Shown piece after piece: positions 55,577 through 64,000 of a stretch of 64,000 bases of DNA (its first letter is position 1; the number at the start of each line of letters is the position of its first letter). A model generated the notes under the pieces. The model was not told where the DNA came from and did no database searches. It was given only the letters and a program-made list of their open reading frames with translations. This DNA comes from the human T2T-CHM13v2.0 reference genome, Homo sapiens, in NCBI RefSeq assembly GCF_009914755.1, contig NC_060927.1; one strand, given 5' to 3'. The position numbers and the translations under genes are program-made.

Positions 55577-55890
55577 TATTATTCTTATTTTATTTATTTA
55601 TTTATTTATTTTTAAGGCAGAGTCTCTTTCTGTCACCCAGGCAGTGGCACGATCTCGGCTGACTGCAACCCCTGCCTCCCAGGTTCAAGCGATTCTCCTG
55701 CCTTAGCCTCCCAAGTAGCTAGGATTACAGGCATGCACCACCACCAAGTCCGGCTAATTTTTGTATTTTTGGTAGAGACAGGGTTTCACCATGTTGGCCA
55801 GACTGGTCTTGAACTCTTGACCTCAAGTGATCCGCCTGCCTTGGCCTCACAAAGTGCTGGGATTAGAGGCGTGAGCCACTGTGCCTGGCC
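55577..55890 (-). mobile_element. Alu (AluS-type)
   Basis: (TTTA)n tail; TSD cactt(t/c)cacctatt; short deletion in the right arm. Confidence 0.95.
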
Positions 55891-56062
55891 ACTTCCACCT
55901 ATTATTAATGAAACCTGTCCTATTTAACAAAAACGATAATGTGGGGTGTCTTGTGCTTGGAGCTTGGAGAAAGGAATTTGCCTCTGTTTTTTTAATGACT
56001 TATGGCAAGGCCAGTATGACCAGTAAGTGGGCTGTTTATTATTATTATTATTATTAATCACC

Positions 56063-56128
56063 ATTGTCACTGATAGAAATTGTCACTATTGTCACTGATA
56101 GAAACCAAGATAGAAATTGTCACTATTG
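56063..56128 (+). repeat. Scrambled local micro-duplication (attgtcact x4, gatagaa x3)
   Basis: Direct reading. Confidence 0.9.
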
Positions 56129-56298
56129 CTATAGCCCCAAGAAGGACCTCATGGCTGCATAACGATTGAGCACCTTATATTTACACAATGCTTGGTTGTT
56201 GTTTTTTAAGGCAACTGTGACTCAACAACAGCTGTTTGAGAACAGCTCCATCCCAGATGAAATCAGAGGAACCGAAGTTTAAAAAGAAAGTGTTTCTG

Positions 56299-56627
56299 GG
56301 CTGGGCGCGGTGGTTCACGCCTGTAATCCCAGCACTTTGGGAGGCTGAGGCGGGCAGATGGTTTGAGGTCAGGAGTTTGAGAGCAGCCTGACCAACTTGG
56401 TGAAACCCTGTCTCTACTAAAAATACAAAAAAATTAGCAGGGCGTGGTGGTGCATGCCTGTAGTCCCAGCTACTCAGGAGGCTGAGTCAGGAGAATCCCG
56501 TAGTCCCAGCTACTCAGGAGGCTGTCAGGAGAATCCCTTGAACCCGGGAGGCGGAGGTTGCAGTGAGCTGAGATAGTGTCACTGCACTCCAGCCTGGGCC
56601 ACAGAGCGAGACTCCATGTTAAAAAAA
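56299..56627 (+). mobile_element. Alu (AluS-type) with about 40-bp internal tandem duplication
   Basis: TSD aaaaagaaa(g)tgtttctg; gtagtcccagctactcaggaggctg..tcaggagaatccc at 56460 and 56500. Confidence 0.95.
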
Positions 56628-56702
56628 GAAATGTTTCTGAGCACTAAAGACAATTTGAACAAGGCAGAAAAGTACAAATAGGAAAACAATAATCTTACTA
56701 GA

Positions 56703-56836
56703 TTGTTTGTTTTTGAGACAGCATCTCCCTTTGTCATCCAGGCTGGAATGCAGCAGCACGATTATGGCTCACTGTAGCTGCGAACTTCTGGGCTCAATCA
56801 ACCCTCCCACCTCAGCCTTCTAAGTAGCTGGGACTA
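56703..56836 (-). mobile_element. AluJ right-arm fragment (apparent local copy of 53880-54010)
   Basis: Shares many private substitutions with the AluJ 2.8 kb upstream; no evident TSD. Confidence 0.85.
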
Positions 56837-57173
56837 TTCTGTAGTGATAATCCTTGTTAAAGTTTTGGAAAATACCTTTTTTAGAGTCTCTCTTTCTCTC
56901 TACACAGACACACACACACACATACACACATGCAACTTTTATGTGAATGACGGCATTTACAATTTACGTAAATTACTGCAGGTGCTATCATTTATTTTTT
57001 TCACTCAGCAATATGCCTTGAAAAAATTTTAAGTCAATCAACATACAGATATTTGTCATCTTTTAAATAGCTATAGATTTTCGCTCAGACTCAAAGTCTA
57101 ATTTTTAAAGAAGTGACTGTTATATTTAAATCATATATAGCTTCATGATGAAAAAAGGAAAAACAATTCTTGG

Positions 57174-57480
57174 GACCGGACATGGTGGCTCATGCCTGTA
57201 ATTCCAGCAGTTTGGGAGACCAAGGTAGGAGAATTGCTTGAGGTCAAAGGTTTGAGACCAGCCTGGGCAACACAGTGAGACCCTGTCTCTCCAAAAAAAA
57301 AAAAAATATATATTAGCTAGATGTGGTGGCACATATCTGTAGTCCTACCCACTCAGGAGGCTGAGGAGGTGGGAGGATCGCTTGAACCCAGGAGTTTAAG
57401 GCTGCAGTGAGCTAGAACGGTGCCATTGCACTTCAGCTTGGGTCACAGAGTGCAACTCTGTCTATAAAACAAAGACAAAA
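57174..57480 (+). mobile_element. AluJ
   Basis: Two arms; gggaggatcgcttgaacccaggagtttaaggctgcagtgagc. Confidence 0.93.
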
Positions 57481-58157
57481 GCACCACAGTTCGTTAGATA
57501 TAACTGAATATTATCTTCATTTCCTACTGTAGTGGTTCTTAGAAAGGTTGTTTCTTAAGTTAGAAACTGTTGCCTAAGTATTTAGGATGTGGCAGGCACT
57601 GTGCTACATGCTGGGGTTGACGAATGCATGGGATTCGGCTCTCTCCCAGGCTGGTGGGAAGAGGACACATCTAGAAGCCAGGGTATATACCCCGAAGGGG
57701 TTTGAGGCAGTGCAGAGTTGATGATGATGGTCTCCAGCCTGCCTTTCCTTTACAAAAATGAGGAGACTGCATCTCACATTGCCAACGAGCTGCTTGACTC
57801 TACCGATATTCCCTACCAAGCACGATTATGGGTAGTCTTAAAATTCTTAATAATAAAATAGATATTGAAAATAGTGTTTTTTTTTTTAACAGTGAAAGTA
57901 ATATGTACTCATGTATAGGTTTTCAATATACAGGAAACTATAAAATGAAAAGGATTGTACCTGTAATCCCACCCCTTACAGCTAACTACTGTGACATTTT
58001 ATTTGTAGAAGTCCATTTTGCTATCAGACCTCAAGTTTTAAAATCTTAACTCACCCTCTGTAACCTAGTTCTCAGCTCTATTTTATGTAACGTTTTTAAA
58101 GGATTCAAGATTTAAAATAAACTTATCTCACCCCAAATGCACTTGTATATTTTTGAC

Positions 58158-58293
58158 ACCCCCTCATCTCTCTCTCTCTCTTGTCTCTCTCTCTTCTCTG
58201 TCTCTCACTCTATCTCAGTTCTCTTTCTCCTCTTCTTTCTCTCTCTCCTCTCTCCTCTCTCTGTCTTTCTCTCTCTGTCTCACACACACACAC
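58158..58293 (+). repeat. (CT)n low-complexity tract ending in (CA)n
   Basis: Direct reading. Confidence 0.9.
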
Positions 58294-58319
58294 GGGGAAA
58301 AAAAATCACTCGAGTTAAG

Positions 58320-58460
58320 AATCAGTCTCTCATTTTACAGATAGGAAAACTGAAATCTAGAACTTGTCTGAAATCATGTTAAAAAAAAAAAAGTGGTAAT
58401 CTGTGCTCGAACCCAGGTCTCCTGAATTTTCGTTCAGTGCTTTTTCCATTCTACAGTGAT
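58320..58460 (-). mobile_element. MIR fragment
   Basis: ctcattttacagataggaaaactgaa...ctcgaacccaggtctcctga. Confidence 0.7.
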
Positions 58461-59059
58461 GCCTCCTTACTAGGTCATAGAAACAGTGGCAGAGGGAGAA
58501 AAGGAAAAATACGTCAGCTCCAAAGAGTGCAGTTTTTTTTTTTCTGTGTCCTTTAGCTGAGCTATTTTTGTGACTATTCAGTACATGTACAATGCTGCCT
58601 CTTGGAGTGTTCCGGCTAGACTAAGAGGCCATTCACTGCTGACTGCAGCCATGCCATCCCTCCATGGAATCCTCGGCCCGGAAATCAGATGGGAACAAAC
58701 TATTCCAATATACAAATCAAATTTCAGAGTCTGAGTGTACACAGAAAAATTACTGGATATCCTGTTGGACTATGTACATAACAATGACACAGTGATTTAT
58801 GAGGGTATGATGGGGCAGAGGGTAGCGGGTGATGTTGGAGTTGATTCATCACTTAAGCGCTAATCCATTCACCAGCTCCAGTCAGACTTCAACACAAATG
58901 CCAAATTATTCATCTTCCCTAAATCCAACCCTATTATTTTCTCTCTCAAAACCTTCAGTTGCTTCCTTTTGCATATGGAAGAGAGCGTGGACTCCTCCAT
59001 CTGGCATTTAAGGCTTTCTATGATCTGTCCTCCCAGACATTGATAGGCTGTGGAGATAC

Positions 59060-59280
59060 AGTAAGGTAGTTGTTATGAGCCACACCTTGCAGCCAGGCTG
59101 CTCCAGCACCAAGCAACACTTTCCCCGGGAGGTTGCTGCACCTCCCTGCTCCTCACTTTCCTCATTTGTGGAATAGGAATAGGGTCATTGTGAGAATTAA
59201 ATAAGTTAATATTTGTAAAGGGTTTAACAGTGACTAGCTCATAATCCGTCACGTAGAAAGTTTTTTCTTAGCTCATTTAA
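59060..59280 (+). mobile_element. MIR fragment
   Basis: cctcactttcctcatttgtggaatagg...gtgagaattaaataagttaatatttgtaaag. Confidence 0.7.
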
Positions 59281-59806
59281 TAAGTACCTTTCTAACCCAT
59301 CACTGATAGCATTTTTCTTTTGCACCAGACTTCTTTCTAGTCATTGCTGGGAGCGTCCTCTCATTTTCCTGCCTCCCTGTAGCTGTCACTCTCACTCCTA
59401 AACTGTTGGCGTTCTCATTTTGGCTTGCCCAAATCTTACGCATTCTTTTAAGTCCATGTTCAAGTGAATCCTCACTGATTTTGTTCTTCATTCATCCCCT
59501 TAACAGACTTTTATGGAGGGTCTACTGTGTGCAAGGTGTATTATGTAGGAAGCCTTCCACAGTTCCCAGAGCTAGGTGAGCTCTGTCATGTAGGCCTGTC
59601 TTGTACATATCACCTTCGACATTGCTGAGCAGTTTGTGTTGGACATGTTTGATCTCCTCCCCTAGAATATAAACAGCTGGAGAGTAGGATGCTTATTAGT
59701 AGGTGCTTATTAAGCTTTCTTTAAAATGAGTAAGTGCACATGCTACCTTTTATAGATCTGTTACCTTCTAATGAAGGCAAGAACAATAGGAACAAACATT
59801 AGTTTT

Positions 59807-59862
59807 GTGTGTGTGTGTGAGAGAGAGAGAGACAGAGAGGGAGAGAGAAAGAGAGAGAGAGA
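59807..59862 (+). repeat. (GT)n(GA)n compound microsatellite
   Basis: Direct reading. Confidence 0.93.
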
Positions 59863-61417
59863 TTTTGAATGGGAATAATTATGAGGCCACATCTGAGGGC
59901 AAATAACCACTTCCAAGTTGAAGAAAGGCAAGGAGAAGACAGGAATGAGAGGAGAGCTGTAGCAGTCAAAGGAAACGGGATGAGAATATGTTATTCTCTG
60001 AATCATAAAGCATTTGCTCTGAGAAATGTTTTTCCTTAAGTGGTATAAAATGTAAAATGAATTGGGTCTTAGTTTTTCTTTTCCTCTTTAGGAGGTTGGA
60101 GCTGATTTTTAAAATGAGGTAGGGGAGGGAGGTGGGGTTTGGAGAAAGAAAGTGAAAATTGTTTTCTGAAACTCTGTTTGTCAAATAACTCTCTGGAGAG
60201 AAAGTTCAGAGGGTGAGGGCCTGCCAAAGCTGACCAGCAGCACACAGGCCAAATCGTTCTTTCGTCATTGTCCTGGTCACTTCCCCACCCCTGTTCGCCA
60301 CCCCCAAACACCTTTTTTCTTCTCTCTCTCTCTCTCTGTGTGTGTCTCTCTCTCTTTCTTTTCTTTCCTTTTTTTTCTTTTTATAACATATGAATATTAT
60401 AAGTAAGTAGCTGGAGAAAATAAAAAAGCAAAACAAAACACAAAGTAAGCAGATGATTTCAACCTGCAATTATTTGTCAGGTCATAAAAATGATGTGTCT
60501 TAGATTTATTTACCTGATCTCCTCATCTGTTTTCCACTGGAAGCCTTCTGCTCGCGTCACCCTTCTTCATTTAGTTCCCCAAACTTCCACCCACTTTCTG
60601 ACTCAAAGCAGGAGAGAAGCATTGAACAAAACCACTGGATTTGGAGAAGAGAGAAAAGCAGCTTTTAAGAACTGACTTTAGAGGTTTAGCACGAATTAAA
60701 TTCCTGGTCTTTTCTTTCTGCAGATTTTTCAGCTATTGTTGTTGTTTGTTTTGTTTTGTTTTGTTTTATGTTTCTTGAGTTTATCGCTAAAGATGCTTTT
60801 CCGTGGATGGCACAAAAGTTCAGCTATGGCCATGTGCTTACTGAAGGCCTGTATATGGAGGCATCACAGTGGCTGGCCTTGAAGAAATTAAGATAGTGAA
60901 AGAGGACCCCTGTCTGCGAAGAAAGAGCTCATGTTTGTGTGTGTGCTCATGCTTTGGGTGCTACAAGGAGACTGGTGTCTGGGGAAGGGAGGAAGGGTGA
61001 TGGTTACAGGTATAGGTAAATAAGTTTTCCAACAGTTAACAATACTTGGAGACAAGCTACAGAGTGATCAATGCTAGAGTTAGGAACGCTGTGAGAAGGC
61101 AAGGTGTTCTGTTTGTGCCATTGGGGAGGGCTTTGCTGTGGGGATTGGGGGAAGGATATTGTTTTAGGCTTTGCTAGATGGCTAGGACTTTAACAAATAA
61201 GAAAGAAAGAGCTGAGTCTTTAAGACAGAGGGAATAGCAGAGACATGAAAATATCTAGAGAGATTGGGAGTGGGAGGCTGAGTCTGGAGGTGAGATATCT
61301 GTATCCAATCAGAGAAGTTTCCTATGCCTTCCTGTAATGTTGGAGGCTTCTTTTTTTTTTGGTAATCAGTAAGGAGCTGTCATGGGCTTTGTAAAAGGGC
61401 TGTGATAGGATTACTCT

Positions 61418-61418
<1 letters not shown>

Positions 61419-61452
<34 letters not shown>
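61419..61452 (+). repeat. (GT)17 microsatellite
   Basis: Direct reading. Confidence 0.97.
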
Positions 61453-61458
<6 letters not shown>

Positions 61459-61699
61459 TTTGCTTTTACTTTATACATTTCAGAGTCTTTTTAGGAACTC
61501 TTAGGCAACCTTAACTCTGGGGAGTGTGCATTGCCTGTCTTTATATGTCTTTACTTCTCTGTTGCTGCCTGGTTCTGCTCCTTCTCATGCTTCTGTAACA
61601 AAGTGCGGCAATGCAGGCTTCTAGAAGGTGATGTGAGATCTCTGAGCAGACCATGTGTGTGTTCTTCCCATCCTTTTTTCCCCTCCCTTTCTCTTCCTC

Positions 61700-62130
61700 C
61701 TCCTCTTTCTATATCACCACCCTCACCAGCAGCAGCAGCAGCACTCCCCTCCCTAAAATAAATAAACCAGTCACTCCAAAGGTTCCAAGCACATTAGTCA
61801 CATATCCCAGAAGTTTAATACAGAATTATTTTGACAGCGAGAACAAGAAGTGTTTTCTAGTTGAACGCACAGAACTTGCTTATTCCAACTGGGCTTTCTG
61901 CCGCACAGACAGATGATACGTTTTTTAGATGGATTGGCCGCACAGCGCAGGAGACTGTCGCTTCCCTTGGATACACAGCAAACTGCTCACTACCAAAAGT
62001 GGCTGGGGAGAAGATGTGAAAGGAGAGAGAGAGAGCGCGAGAGAGACAGAAGAGAAGAGGAGAGGGGAGGGGAGGGGAGGAGAGGAGAGACGGGGAAGAC
62101 AGAGAGAGAGAGAGAGAGAGAAAGGAAATC
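61700..62130. promoter_or_regulatory. Candidate promoter/enhancer core (unique, CpG-retaining, CCAAT box, GA-rich tract)
   Basis: No recognisable TE; reverse CCAAT gattggc at 61932-61938; TGACAG at 61832; three cgcacag copies; purine tract at 62019-62128. Function is inferred only. Confidence 0.35.
62019..62128 (+). repeat. Polypurine (GA)n/(GGAGG)n tract
   Basis: Direct reading. Confidence 0.92.
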
Positions 62131-64000
62131 AAGTTCTTATTATGTACATAACTTTCTCATTAATGGCTTCCATAAGTCACTGAGAGATTTCTTTGTGTTT
62201 ATTTATTTATTTGGCTGCTTTGGAGCCATGAGTCCTTTTTTAAACCCGGGTTTATGTCTGTTCTAAAAAATGAGGACAGATCGAGTTATTGCCATGCGGG
62301 TGGCTCTCCAAGCATTCCAGTTGCATAGCTCTTCCAGAAATATTTCTTGACGCACTTATTTAGCACTTTCTATTGCCGTTACTGAGCAGATTACAGAATC
62401 CTCCCGGCCCTTTCACCAAACCCGTCTAGAGCTGGTATGGATCTACTTGTGCCTATCTGGCAGATAGAAAGATAGAGGAATGGGAAGGTGAAGTCCATTG
62501 TTACTCATGAAGGATTTTGACCAGTAACCTCAGAAGAGTCAGAAGAAGAGAAAAAGCATGTGCTCTCCTCTTTCCTGCTTTGCTTTTCTGCTTCCAAGTC
62601 CCTCCTCCAAGCAGGAAGATCTTTCCTGAGCAGCAGCGTACCTGGGTGTGAGAACCCAGAGGGAGTGTGGTGGAGAGACGTGAAGGGGTCAGTTCCTGGA
62701 ACATTCTGTTCCCTCTAGCTCCCATGATCATTGACTTCTTGCCTCTCAAGTCCTTCTAGGGATCTCCAGGCTTTTGAGAGGCTCAGCTGACCTCGCTCAC
62801 TGCTGTGCATGCTCTCTGGAGCTTTCTTGTCCTCTTTTGGTTGTTTCTTACTAGCCCCTCATTCCCAGGACTTTTTCTGAGGAATCTCTGTTAGTTCAGG
62901 TAATAACTGGCTGTGAAACCTACAATAGTAAGTTCTTTGGATGTCGGTGTTTTCAGATGTTTCTTCTTCATGGAAACTCTTTATAAATCCCTCACAAAAT
63001 GGGATGTCAAATCTCAATATGTAAAATAATCAAAGTGCAGTTAAATGGTGGTGCTGTTGTTAAAAGGTGGAAGATCTCATAGGCTTCTAGCCAGGGCCGA
63101 GTTATCTCCCCAGAAGAGCTCTGTGCCTCTGTGGACCCACTTAGTAAGCCATTGTACTGGAGTTGCTTTAAGGCTCCCTACAGCCCTGATGACCTGTGCT
63201 CAGCATTCTTTCAGCTTTCTGCCTCTTTGTATATCTTTCAAGCTTGAGAAAGATCCTCTATAGATCAGGAAGATGTGTCCAGTAAGAGATTTGACCTTTG
63301 CTGGTTTCTTGACATGGGCTTTGATGAAACCCTTTTAGCATGCTCACTTTAGATGATTCTTCTCAAGGGGGATGTCAGCCCCAGGACCCCCCAGACCTCC
63401 ATCCCTAAACCCGGGCTTGCGTGTCTGGCAACCCAGGGCCAGCACTTCGTTCTTACACTCAGCTGAGTGGTAGTCCTGCCACCATTGCTGTGGCTCTGGG
63501 ACTATAGCCTCTGCCTTAGGAACACTTATGAGAGGAATCGATGGAATTCCAACTATTTTTAAGGATTTTTTTTTTTTTTTTTTTTTTTGCTGAGTTTGCA
63601 TTGCAAAAGGAAGGTAGAGCACGGGCCATCTCTCCCTCCTCCACTTATATTTATTCTGCACCTACCTGCACGTGACACTCTGCTATTCTTCAGAGAAGGT
63701 TCTGACCTTTGTGACCACGCTTTACATTTTCACATTGCAAGGCAATTTCTAAAGAGCTTTTCCCAGCTAAGATCTCATTTGAGCCTCACAACAACTCTGG
63801 GGCAAAGGAGACTGTAAAACAAACAAAAACAAAAACAAAAAAAACAAAAACACAAAACCAAAACAAAAAACAACCCCCAAAAACCTTAGACAAATCTAAT
63901 TCCACAGTTTAATTAAGCAAAGAACAATTCGTGAATTGGGCAGGCCCCAAACCAGATAATCTGGCACTGCCATTTGGTTGAAGAACATTTGTGGACAGAA

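Noticed and set aside
61727-61743. (CAG)5 as a polyQ/polyA coding repeat or expansion locus
   Set aside because: Very short and not in a credible exon

Overview
Primate, most likely human, non-coding genomic DNA. No protein-coding exon, tRNA, rRNA or CRISPR array is recognisable, and the long ORFs in the track are Alu-, microsatellite- or Tigger-derived. The window is dense in transposon fossils: about 23 Alu/FLAM copies, a young 5'-truncated L1PA2-like insert, older L1M pieces, many MIR and L2 fragments, two MaLR LTRs (MSTB, MLT1), MER2, MER5A, a MADE1 hairpin MITE and a near full-length but dead Tigger1. The L1s, LTRs and most Alus lie on the minus strand, which suggests a deep intron of a large plus-strand gene; the host gene cannot be named from sequence alone. 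The most unusual structure is a cluster of local DNA-templated copy events between about 44.6 and 56.9 kb: a fold-back palindrome, intra-Alu tandem duplications, a 58-bp templated insertion inside a (TA)n tract, a local copy of an Alu arm and a serial micro-duplication. Also notable are a palindromic bidirectional poly(A) signal at 37.5 kb and a transposon-poor, promoter/enhancer-like block at about 59.8-64 kb. I found no convincing evidence of a new biological system. Repeat subfamily calls come from remembered consensus features, not a database search, and MIR/L2 boundaries are approximate.
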